From an uncultured Acidobacteriota bacterium (lineage in GTDB: Bacteria > Acidobacteriota > UBA6911), in the NCBI GenBank assembly GCA_963718845.1, contig CAVRAD010000013.1, forward strand, positions 9,893 to 73,892: 64,000 nt of DNA, given 5' to 3'. The notes under the pieces were generated by a model. It did no database searches. It saw only the letters and a program-made list of their open reading frames with translations, and had not been told where the DNA came from. A program made the position numbers and the translations under genes. This document shows positions 1-8,662 of the stretch, piece after piece; within the stretch, counting starts at the first letter, position 1; the number at the start of each line of letters is the position of its first letter.

Positions 1-241
1 GCTCCTCCATCTCCCCCCCACTCCGGTGGCGACCCTGGAGCGATCAAGGAATTGCGCGCTGAGCAAAGGCATTCGCTATGCCTATATCGGGAATGTGCCG
101 GACCATCCGGGCAATCACACATACTGCCCCCAATGCGGGAAGGTTGTGATTCGACGCAGCTCCTTTTTTATAGCGGAGCAGAATATTGTGCGCGGGAACT
201 GCAAGTTCTGCGGAAGATCCATTGCAGGTGTCTGGTCCTAA
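1..241 (+). CDS. amrS: AmmeMemoRadiSam system radical SAM enzyme, C-terminal fragment (5' end outside window)
   Basis: The frame is open from the window edge to TAA at 239-241. The tail GIRYAYIGNVPDHPGNHTYCPQCGKVVIRR...GNCKFCGRSIAGVW (YxGNV plus two CxxC pairs) is typical of this family's C-terminus. It sits directly upstream of a Memo/AMMECR1 gene. Confidence 0.7.
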   Translation, partial: LLHLPPTPVATLERSRNCALSKGIRYAYIGNVPDHPGNHTYCPQCGKVVIRRSSFFIAEQNIVRGNCKFCGRSIAGVWS

Positions 242-335
242 AATATGTTTTTGGCGTGCGAGCCTGCCTGCCAAACAAAGATCGTGAACCATGCGGGCTA
301 AAAATGCGAAGGATCCAATATTCAAGGGGAAAACC

Positions 336-1856
336 ATGAAAAGAAGCCTGGCTCTTGCCATTGCAGCCCTTGTGATTCTGGCTTCATCTGCAGGCTCCGG
401 CACCAAGCCGTCCGACACACGACCGCCGGCGGTTGCCGGCCAGTTCTACCCGGCCGATCCGCAAAAGCTGAAGCTTGCCATTCAGCAGTATCTCCAGGAT
501 TCCGTCGAAATTGCTATGGAGAAACCGCTCGCTCTCATTGTGCCTCACGCCGGATATATATATTCCGGACAGATTTGTGCGGACGCATACCGTCAGGTTG
601 CTGGACGCGCGTATGACGTCATTGTGCTGCTGGGAGTGAATCACACAACAGGGAATTTCAGCGGGATTTCGCTGGGAAACTATGGTTCTTTTCGCACTCC
701 TCTGGGCAACAGCCTGGTTGATGAAGAGATTACATCCGCCCTGCTGGCCGAGTGCACGGACTGCAATCGAAACCGCGAGGTTCAATTAAGAGAGCATTCC
801 ATCGAGGTTCAGCTTCCTTTTGTGCAAACCCTTTTTCCGAATGCCCGGATTGTCCCCGCCATCATCCATCCGCCGGACAGCAAAATGTGTCAGCGCTTCG
901 GCGAGGCGCTGGGAAAGGTGTTAAAGGGCCGGCGGGCGTTAATCGTGATCAGCTCGGACTTGTCCCACTATCCGACGAATACGAATGCAGAAAAAGCGGA
1001 TTCTCTGACTCTCACAACCATTGCCGCGCTGGATCCTTCACGGGTCATCTCCGTGATGCGCGTTCTGGACTTGCCTAATCTGGAAACGAGAGCGTGCGGG
1101 GAAGCCGCAATCCTTGCAGGCATGGCGGCAGCCAAGGCGCTGGGCGCCACGCGCGCTGTTGTCGCAGGCTACGCAAACTCCGGGGACGTCCTGGCAGGGT
1201 ATGACGCTGCGCGCACTGTCGGGTACGGAGCGGTCATTCTGGCTCCGGGAAAGACCCCGAGTGATACGACCGTCTTGAATCGCGCCCCCACGCCCTCCCG
1301 GGCAACGGCGCTGCAGAAATCAGAAAAGAAAATTCTGCTCGCATTCGCGAGGGAATCCATTCTCTGGTATCTGACGACACAAACGCTCCCGCTGGCGCGG
1401 AAGCTTCCCGCACGAATGGATTTTCCGCAAGGCGCGTTTGTTACACTCAGAAAGGCCGGACAGCTTCGGGGGTGCATCGGACACATCCCGGGAGATACTG
1501 CGCTTGGTAAAACGGTGGGATCGATGGCTTTGCAGTCTGCATTCGGCGACTCGAGATTTGCACCTGTCGAAATCAGTGAACTGAAAAATCTGGAAATTGA
1601 AATCTCTGTTCTGACTCCCATGAAAGCCATTGCTTCCTCCAACGAAATCGTCGTCGGCCGCGATGGCGTTCTGATGTCCGCTGCGGGGACATCCGCAGTA
1701 TTCCTTCCACAGGTAGCGACGGAAAATCATTGGGATCGGGCGGAAATGCTCGACAACCTCTGTATGAAAGCGGGGCTGCAAACGGGATGCTGGAAGCGGA
1801 ACGCAAAATTCCAGGTCTTTCAGGCAGATGTTTTCAGTGAATCGCAATTCAGGTAA
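336..1856 (+). CDS. Fused Memo-like (AmrB) / AMMECR1-like (AmrA) protein with N-terminal signal or anchor
   Basis: ATG 336 follows AAGGGGA. The hydrophobic N-terminus is MKRSLALAIAALVILASSAGSG. Memo-like motifs are PPAVAGQFYPADP, VPHAGYIYSG and SSDLSHY. The C-terminal ~190 aa are AMMECR1-like (GAFVTLRKAGQLRGCIGHI, FLPQV). Confidence 0.85.
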   Translation: MKRSLALAIAALVILASSAGSGTKPSDTRPPAVAGQFYPADPQKLKLAIQQYLQDSVEIAMEKPLALIVPHAGYIYSGQICADAYRQVAGRAYDVIVLLGVNHTTGNFSGISLGNYGSFRTPLGNSLVDEEITSALLAECTDCNRNREVQLREHSIEVQLPFVQTLFPNARIVPAIIHPPDSKMCQRFGEALGKVLKGRRALIVISSDLSHYPTNTNAEKADSLTLTTIAALDPSRVISVMRVLDLPNLETRACGEAAILAGMAAAKALGATRAVVAGYANSGDVLAGYDAARTVGYGAVILAPGKTPSDTTVLNRAPTPSRATALQKSEKKILLAFARESILWYLTTQTLPLARKLPARMDFPQGAFVTLRKAGQLRGCIGHIPGDTALGKTVGSMALQSAFGDSRFAPVEISELKNLEIEISVLTPMKAIASSNEIVVGRDGVLMSAAGTSAVFLPQVATENHWDRAEMLDNLCMKAGLQTGCWKRNAKFQVFQADVFSESQFR

Positions 1857-1858
1857 AT

Positions 1859-3991
1859 GTGGGATATCTATTCGCCGTCGGATTTGTCTCCATTCTGGCG
1901 CAGACTGTGCTGCTCCGGGAACTCAGCGTTGCCTTTTATGGCGTTGAGTTGATCTACACGTTTGCCCTGGGAGTCTGGCTGTTTTGCAGCGCCTGCGGTA
2001 CCATGCTGCGTCGTAAAACCCAATCTCCGTCCTCTTTCAGCATCCAATTTCTTTTTCTGCTATTATCCATCAGCATTCCTATTGACATAGCCTTCATCCG
2101 TTCCGTCCGCCTTCTCTTTTCGGATGTGCCGGGCGGATATCTTCCGCTGCACACGCAGATTGGCGTTGTGTGTGTTTCTCTCCTGCCTGCGGGACTGCTT
2201 CTTGGTTTGCTGTTTCAGTGGACGGCCAAGGCGTATATTGCAGGGACAAAGTCGCTGGCAACAGCCTATGGCATCGAAAGCCTGGGGGGATTGGCAGGAG
2301 GAATCTGCGCCACGCTATTTCTAAAATTCGGCTGTCAGAATTTCTTTATCGCCCTGCTGTGTGCGGGGGTCGCAGCCGGATCGTCATTGCTGACTTTTCG
2401 CCGAAGCCGCTCGCGCTGGCTCTGCTTTGCCCCCATGGTTGCTATCGGTATTTTGATAGCACTTGCCTGGAAGTCTTCCCCGCTGGACCGGCTCATGACA
2501 TCCTGGACCCACCGGAATCTCGTGGAGACAAGGGATACTCCCTATTCAAGAATTACGGTTCTTTCCCGGGATGGCCAGACATCTGTATTCGAAAACGACG
2601 CCGTTTTGTTTGACAGCGAAGGCACCCGGGCTGAAGAGTTTGTCCATCCGGCGGCCTTGCAGCATCCAAATCCTAAAAGGGTTCTGGTGCTCGGCGGGGG
2701 CATTGAAGGGACCGTTCGCGAAGTCCTGTTGCACTCGCCTGAATCGGTGGATTATGTGGAACAGAATCCCGCTCTGATCCGCATTGTTGCCAAACACCTC
2801 CCGTTGGACATACAAAACTCTCTTCGCGCCGCCAATGTTCGGATTATCTATGACGACCCGCGCCGGTTCCTCAATCGGGCGCCTGCCTATGATCTTATTT
2901 TGGTGGGCATGCCGGAGCCGACGTCCGGACAGACAAATCGCTTTTATACCCGGGAATTCTATCGACAATGCTATGCGAAACTGAACGCACAGGGCGTTGT
3001 CGCCTTCAGCCTTCAGTCGTCGGAAAACTTCTGGACTCCACAGCTTACGCGCAGAATGGTCAGCATCTATCGGGCAGCCAGATCGGTCTTTCCGGAAGTT
3101 GTTTTCATTCCGGGCAGCACGAACGTAGTGATTGGATCCATGAATCCTTTGCCAAAGGACCCTTCCGTTCAAGTTGCCCGGCTGGAAAACAGAGGGATCC
3201 GGGCCAGAATTATCTCGGCGAATTTTCTCCGATATGTCTATACCAACGACCGGTTTCGCGAGATCTCCCGGATACTCGAATCCGGGACCGCCCCGGTCAA
3301 TACCGATACGCGGCCCATCTGTTATCAGTACACAATTCTGATCTGGCTTTCCAAATTCGTCCCCTCCTCAATACTCCGGGATTTTTCATTTCCCGAATTG
3401 AGCGGCGGTCGCAAAACCTTCATCCTGGTTGTTCTCAGTCTGCCCTTTCTGCTGCTGATGCGCTCATCGTGGTCCATAAAACGTACGGTGCTAATGGGGA
3501 TGGCGGGATTTGCAGGCATGGTATTGGAGACGATTCTTCTTCTGCACTATCAGACCAAGCACGGCATTCTTTTCCAGGATATTGGGATACTACTCACAGG
3601 CTTCATGGGCGGATTGGCCCTGGGAGCATTTGCTTTCGCTCGGATGCAACATCGTATCTCCAAAGGATTCGGGATTGCGCTGTTTGCGGGATTTGCAGGG
3701 CTGAGTGCGGTTATTGGCCTGGAAATAAATTCCGGCAGTGAAGCAGGCCTTCTGGAAATCCTGGGACTGCTGGCGCTGACAGGTTTCCTTGTATCCGGAG
3801 TATTCGCGTTTGCCGGCCTGCACGCCGTGAGCGATCAAGGGAAAGTGATCACCCCTCTGTATGCTGCAGATTTGATCGGCGGATGCATAGGATCTGTGCT
3901 CGCAAGCCTGGTCTTGGCACCCCTCGTGGGATTGGCGGAAACCGCGTATTGGTTGATTCCCGCAGCACTGCTTTCCGTCCTGCTGTTTTAA
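1859..3991 (+). CDS. Polytopic membrane protein with spermidine-synthase-fold (aminopropyl/methyltransferase-like) core
   Basis: GTG 1859 lies 3 nt after the previous stop. Multiple hydrophobic helices on both sides flank RVLVLGGGIEGTVREVL, VDYVEQNP and DLILVGMPEPTSGQTNRFYTREFY. Confidence 0.7.
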   Translation: MGYLFAVGFVSILAQTVLLRELSVAFYGVELIYTFALGVWLFCSACGTMLRRKTQSPSSFSIQFLFLLLSISIPIDIAFIRSVRLLFSDVPGGYLPLHTQIGVVCVSLLPAGLLLGLLFQWTAKAYIAGTKSLATAYGIESLGGLAGGICATLFLKFGCQNFFIALLCAGVAAGSSLLTFRRSRSRWLCFAPMVAIGILIALAWKSSPLDRLMTSWTHRNLVETRDTPYSRITVLSRDGQTSVFENDAVLFDSEGTRAEEFVHPAALQHPNPKRVLVLGGGIEGTVREVLLHSPESVDYVEQNPALIRIVAKHLPLDIQNSLRAANVRIIYDDPRRFLNRAPAYDLILVGMPEPTSGQTNRFYTREFYRQCYAKLNAQGVVAFSLQSSENFWTPQLTRRMVSIYRAARSVFPEVVFIPGSTNVVIGSMNPLPKDPSVQVARLENRGIRARIISANFLRYVYTNDRFREISRILESGTAPVNTDTRPICYQYTILIWLSKFVPSSILRDFSFPELSGGRKTFILVVLSLPFLLLMRSSWSIKRTVLMGMAGFAGMVLETILLLHYQTKHGILFQDIGILLTGFMGGLALGAFAFARMQHRISKGFGIALFAGFAGLSAVIGLEINSGSEAGLLEILGLLALTGFLVSGVFAFAGLHAVSDQGKVITPLYAADLIGGCIGSVLASLVLAPLVGLAETAYWLIPAALLSVLLF

Positions 3992-4110
3992 TTGATTAAT
4001 GAGGAAGGTGCGCGTGAAGAGCAGCGCTTGCTTGCGTCGTTCCTATGATCCATTGTATAAAACGATAGCGTGTGGGGGGGCTTCAAACCTCAGTCAGAAG
4101 AAACGGAATA

Positions 4111-5112
4111 ATGCAGACAGACAGTTCAAACGGGAGTGTGCTTGTCACCGGCGGAACAGGCTTCGTAGGGCGAAATCTTGTCGAAGCACTGTTGCAGAGA
4201 GGACACGAAGTTACATGCCTCGTGAGAAACACAAGCGATACCCATGCGCTTCAAAAACTGCATGTGCGCCTCGTAATGGGAGATATGAACGACCGGGATT
4301 CCATCCGGGAAGCCGTGCGCGGAGTTCAAACCGTTTATCATCTGGCCGGACTGATCAAAGCTGCGCGGCGTGAGCACTATGTGCGGGTCAATCAGGCCGG
4401 GACTCGCCTTCTTCTGGAAGTGCTGGCAGAAACAAATCCTGATTTGAGACGATTTGTGCACATGAGCAGTCTGGCTGCCGCGGGTCCCGGCACCGGCAAC
4501 CGGGGGCTGAACGAAGAGGACAAGCCAAATCCAATTTCCTGGTATGGAGAGAGCAAGCTTCTATCTGAACAGGAAGTCCTGCAATTTTCACACGCCTTCC
4601 CTGTCACAATTCTTCGACCCTCGGCGGTGTATGGCCCGTACGACGCAGAAACGCTTCTTGCATTCCGCATGATCAAGCGGGGCTGCCTGTTCACGCCGGG
4701 ACGATTGATCCGTCGATTCAGCCTGATTTACGTTCATGATTTGGCCTCTGTCTGCATCCAGTCAGGCAACTGCGACACGCCTTCAGGATCGATATATTTT
4801 GTCTCCCGCCCGGAAGTCTATACCTGGGAGGACATCGGGCGCGCGATAGCGCAGGCTCTGGGGAAGCACTATCGGCACATCTCATTTCCTCAATGGCTTG
4901 CTGAAGCCATAGGCGGCGCGGGAGACCTCTGGGCGAAAGTCACTGGCCGGCCGGCAACACTGAACAGCCAAAAGGTCCGGGAACTGCTCCAGACATCCTG
5001 GATATGCGATTCATCTAAGGCGTTAGCCGCGCTGGGTTTCAGCCCTGCGACGGACCTGGCCAGCGGGATAAACGAAACAGTTCGTTGGTACCAGAGTCGA
5101 GGATGGCTATAG
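4111..5112 (+). CDS. NAD-dependent epimerase/dehydratase family SDR (candidate ceramide-pathway reductase CerR)
   Basis: Starts at ATG 4111. Rossmann motif VLVTGGTGFVGRNLV and YGESK (YxxxK). The family call is firm; the CerR role is inferred only from the neighbouring FAAL-ACP-Spt genes. Confidence 0.8.
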   Translation: MQTDSSNGSVLVTGGTGFVGRNLVEALLQRGHEVTCLVRNTSDTHALQKLHVRLVMGDMNDRDSIREAVRGVQTVYHLAGLIKAARREHYVRVNQAGTRLLLEVLAETNPDLRRFVHMSSLAAAGPGTGNRGLNEEDKPNPISWYGESKLLSEQEVLQFSHAFPVTILRPSAVYGPYDAETLLAFRMIKRGCLFTPGRLIRRFSLIYVHDLASVCIQSGNCDTPSGSIYFVSRPEVYTWEDIGRAIAQALGKHYRHISFPQWLAEAIGGAGDLWAKVTGRPATLNSQKVRELLQTSWICDSSKALAALGFSPATDLASGINETVRWYQSRGWL

Positions 5113-5306
5113 CTGGCAATGATAGGCTCTATCCCATGGGAAAACTGATTGAAAGTCTGCGCAAAACAGGCTATGTTCGACCAGCAGATCAAGATAGCGT
5201 GATGACAAAGGTTGCCGGGATTGGATCCAGGGGCGATTAAGGTTTTCATATGCCTGCCCTTGCAGGGAATCTGCAATCCAACGCGCCCTGACGGGACGAG
5301 GAGGAT

Positions 5307-7028
5307 ATGGAAGAGACGCTGAATGCTGCGTGTGATGCGATTGCGCACATAGAGCATAAAGGCTATACATTCCTTGACAACGACCTCACGCCCGCCGACT
5401 GGTCCTATTCAGAGGCTTGCAGGGAGGCTAAGAAGCTTGGTGCGTGCCTTCAAACACTCGGCTTGACGAAAGGGGATCGTCTTGCCCTGGTTTTGAACGC
5501 CCCGGAAGATTTTGTTCTGTCTTTCCTTGGGGCGGTCAGAATGGGAGTCATGCCCGTTCCTATGTACCCTCCCCTGGCACTTGGGCGGCTGGATAATTAT
5601 ATCGAAAGAGCGGCTGGCATTTTGCGTGTCTCGGGCGCAAAAGCGTTGCTCACCACCAAGGAACTCCTTCCTTTACTTCAGCCTGTTCTTTCCCGCGTGC
5701 CCACGCTGCAAAGCATTCTGGATATTGAATCCCTGCGGCAAATGGGAAACCTGACGCTGAACGAGCCAGGGACAAGGCCGGACGAGCCCTGTTTTCTCCA
5801 ATTCACGTCGGGATCCACCTCGGCGCCGAGAGGGGTGATCGTCACACACGGAAATCTCATTGCCAATGCAAAGGCAACCATCAAGAGTCTCGAAATTCAC
5901 CCGGATACCGATCGCGCCGTAAGCTGGCTCCCCCTCTATCACGATATGGGTCTTATTGGATTCGTGATCGCAACGATGGTCGCGCAAATTCCGGTGGTAT
6001 TCATTCCGACCATTGCGTTCGTAAAGCATCCCGGTGTATGGATGGAGACGGTCCATAAATATCGCGCCACGATCACCTTCGGGCCAAATTTCGCTTTTGA
6101 ACTTGCTGCGAAGCGAGCGCCCAAGACGTCTCGCATTAATCCGGATTTATCCTGTCTGCGCGTCCTCGGCTGCGGCGCGGAACCAATCAACCCCAAAACG
6201 ATGGAAAGCTTTATTGCCGCCTTTGCGCCCCTGGGACTCAAACCGAATGCGGTCCTGCCATGCTACGGGATGGCGGAAGCGACGCTTGCGATCGCTTTCG
6301 ACCATTTGCATACACCTATGCAAAAACTGGTAATCGACCGCCACGCCTATGAAACCAGGAGCATAGCGCGTCCCATCGGCTCCGACGAAGAAGTGACGGA
6401 TCCGAAGAGGAAATTTGAGCTGGTCTCCTGCGGTCGCACTTTTCCGGACCACGAAATCAAAATCCTGAACAACACAGGCAAACCGCTTCCGGAAGGCCAG
6501 GTGGGTGAAATTGTCTTCCGCGGACCGAGTGTTACCCCTGGATATTTTCAAAATCCGGAAGCTTCGCGCCAACTGTTGCAAGGAGGCTGGCTTCATACCG
6601 GCGATCTCGGCTTTATCCTCAACGGCGATCTGTATGTCTCCGGAAGGCAGAAGGATCTGGTCATTATCAATGGTCGCAATTATCCTCCGCAGGCAATTGA
6701 ATGGATTGTCGAAGAAATCGCAGGCATTCGCAAAGGCAGCGTGGTGGCATTCTCGGTCAATGGGGATTCTACTGAGAAGCTTGTGATCATTGCGGAAACC
6801 ACCATGACGAATAGTGAAGAACTGGCGCTGGTAATCGGCAATCAGGTGCGATCTGCGCTCGGCCTTGCAGTGCACAAGGTCGTGCTTGTCGGGCGTGGAT
6901 CTATTCCGAAAACTTCCAGCGGCAAACTGCAGCGCAGGCAAACCAAGGCTCTGTTTGAGGAGGGCCAGCTCGGATTCCCGGGCAGCGTAACAGAATCCTC
7001 TCCGGCAGAAGGCATGGTCCTCAGCTGA
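5307..7028 (+). CDS. Fatty acyl-AMP ligase / AMP-dependent synthetase (candidate acyl-ACP synthetase)
   Basis: ATG 5307 follows GAGGAGGA. Adenylation motifs are FLQFTSGSTSAPRGVIVTHGNL, YGMAEATL, HTGDLGF and SSGKLQR. Confidence 0.85.
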   Translation: MEETLNAACDAIAHIEHKGYTFLDNDLTPADWSYSEACREAKKLGACLQTLGLTKGDRLALVLNAPEDFVLSFLGAVRMGVMPVPMYPPLALGRLDNYIERAAGILRVSGAKALLTTKELLPLLQPVLSRVPTLQSILDIESLRQMGNLTLNEPGTRPDEPCFLQFTSGSTSAPRGVIVTHGNLIANAKATIKSLEIHPDTDRAVSWLPLYHDMGLIGFVIATMVAQIPVVFIPTIAFVKHPGVWMETVHKYRATITFGPNFAFELAAKRAPKTSRINPDLSCLRVLGCGAEPINPKTMESFIAAFAPLGLKPNAVLPCYGMAEATLAIAFDHLHTPMQKLVIDRHAYETRSIARPIGSDEEVTDPKRKFELVSCGRTFPDHEIKILNNTGKPLPEGQVGEIVFRGPSVTPGYFQNPEASRQLLQGGWLHTGDLGFILNGDLYVSGRQKDLVIINGRNYPPQAIEWIVEEIAGIRKGSVVAFSVNGDSTEKLVIIAETTMTNSEELALVIGNQVRSALGLAVHKVVLVGRGSIPKTSSGKLQRRQTKALFEEGQLGFPGSVTESSPAEGMVLS

Positions 7029-7070
7029 CTGAACCCAGACATGCTGTCTTTCTATTCTCCATTTTCGTTG

Positions 7071-7106
7071 CTGCCGATGCAGGCGCCTATGCGCGGCAGG
7101 TTTTTT
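7071..7106 (+). terminator. Possible intrinsic terminator/attenuator after the ligase gene
   Basis: ctgccg...cggcag forms a 6-bp GC-rich outer stem with a small inner stem, followed by TTTTTT at 7101-7106. The stem is bulged, so the call is weak. Confidence 0.35.
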
Positions 7107-7125
7107 AAAGAAGAGCGTTCACAAA

Positions 7126-7482
7126 ATGAAAAGCACGGATCAGGAACTGATACACGTTCTCAAGGCTGCCGTTTATAACATCAGCTTGAAGGAACTCGGG
7201 AGCATTGACACGGAAACAAAGATTTCAGAACTCGGCCTGGATTCCGTTGCGGTAATGGAGGTGATAGGCCTTCTGGAGGAAGACTTCTCGATACGCATAA
7301 GGGACGAAGAAGTTGCCGCTCTCGGCAGCGTGGGTGATCTTCTGAATCTTGTTCGCAGATTGTCCCCGTCAGAGCAGGCGGCGCCCCGTGAAATACCTGG
7401 ATCCGAAGCAAAGCCCGGCAACGGAAAAAGCAACGCTGCCAGCCACCGAGTGCTGGAATATAGCGGATTTTCCCGAAGTTAA
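7126..7482 (+). CDS. Acyl carrier protein
   Basis: Phosphopantetheine site LGLDSVAVMEVIGLLEEDF. The carrier fold ends near aa 80. The 38-aa tail overlaps the next ORF, so the 3' end is uncertain. Confidence 0.7.
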   Translation: MKSTDQELIHVLKAAVYNISLKELGSIDTETKISELGLDSVAVMEVIGLLEEDFSIRIRDEEVAALGSVGDLLNLVRRLSPSEQAAPREIPGSEAKPGNGKSNAASHRVLEYSGFSRS

Positions 7483-8662
7483 AAACCTCGAACGGCGACT
7501 GCAGGAAATGGAGCGGATCGGGCTGAAGAATCCCTATTTCCGCGCCCATGACGGGACCGCAAGAAACCGGAGCGTCATCGATGGCGTCGAGATGCTCAAT
7601 TTTTCAAGCTACAACTATCTTGGATTTTCAGGACACCCCGAAGTCAACGCTGCCGCCAAGGACGCCACCGACCGTTTCGGAACATCCGTATCGGCCAGCC
7701 GTCTGGTTTCCGGGGAGCGCCCTATTCATCGGGAACTCGAGCAGGGGCTCGCGCAGCATATCGGCGTCGAGGATGCGGTGGTTTTTGTCAGCGGCCACGC
7801 CACCAACGTCACAACCATCGGCCACCTGTTCGATAGGAACGACCTGATCCTGCACGATGCGCTTTGCCACGACAGCATTATTCAGGGAATATATTTATCC
7901 GGCGCGAAACGGCGATCGTTTTCACACGGCGATCTGATGGAGCTTGAACAGACCCTGGCGCAGTATCGCAGCCAATACCGGAGAGTCCTTATTTGTACTG
8001 AAGGGCTTTTTTCGATGGATGGCGATATCTGCGACCTGCCCGGCCTGATCGAATTGAAGAAACGGTTTCGATGCAACCTGATAGTCGACGAGGCACACTC
8101 CATAGGAGTGCTGGGCCCTTCGGGACGCGGTATCGCCCACCATTATCCCGGGATCGATCCTCAGGACGTTGATCTCTGGATGGGGACGCTGTCCAAGTCC
8201 TTTGCCAGCTGCGGCGGCTACATCGCGGGCAGCAGGCAGCTTGTGCACTATCTTAAGTACACGACACCGGGATTTCTCTACTCTGTGGGAATGCCCGCCC
8301 CGAATGCGGCCGCTGCGCTGAAATCCCTGGAGCTCATGCAGCGCCACCCGGAAATCGTCGAACAGCTGCGCCGGCGAGCGAAACTGTTTCTCGACCTTGC
8401 CCGCAGCAAGGGAATCAATACGGGATTGTCCGCGGGCGCGGCCGTCATCCCTGCCATCATCGGCAACTCGAATCAAAGCATGCAGGTGAGTCACGCGATG
8501 GCTGCCCGGCGCATTAATGTCCAGCCGATCGTCCATCCTGCAGTCGAGGAAAATGCCGCCAGGCTGAGGTTTTTTATCAGCGCGACTCACACCGAAGAGG
8601 AAATACGGACCGCGGTCGATGTACTGGCAGAGGAACTGGAAAAAGTCGGCAGCGCTTTCTGA
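7349..8662 (+). CDS. spt: Alpha-oxoamine synthase, serine palmitoyltransferase-like
   Basis: Motifs NFSSYNYLGFSGHPEV and DEAHSIGVLG, with PLP-lysine motif GTLSKSFASCGGY. The ORF opens with TTG 7349; GTG 7388 is an alternative, so the start is uncertain. Confidence 0.85.
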   Translation: MFADCPRQSRRRPVKYLDPKQSPATEKATLPATECWNIADFPEVKNLERRLQEMERIGLKNPYFRAHDGTARNRSVIDGVEMLNFSSYNYLGFSGHPEVNAAAKDATDRFGTSVSASRLVSGERPIHRELEQGLAQHIGVEDAVVFVSGHATNVTTIGHLFDRNDLILHDALCHDSIIQGIYLSGAKRRSFSHGDLMELEQTLAQYRSQYRRVLICTEGLFSMDGDICDLPGLIELKKRFRCNLIVDEAHSIGVLGPSGRGIAHHYPGIDPQDVDLWMGTLSKSFASCGGYIAGSRQLVHYLKYTTPGFLYSVGMPAPNAAAALKSLELMQRHPEIVEQLRRRAKLFLDLARSKGINTGLSAGAAVIPAIIGNSNQSMQVSHAMAARRINVQPIVHPAVEENAARLRFFISATHTEEEIRTAVDVLAEELEKVGSAF

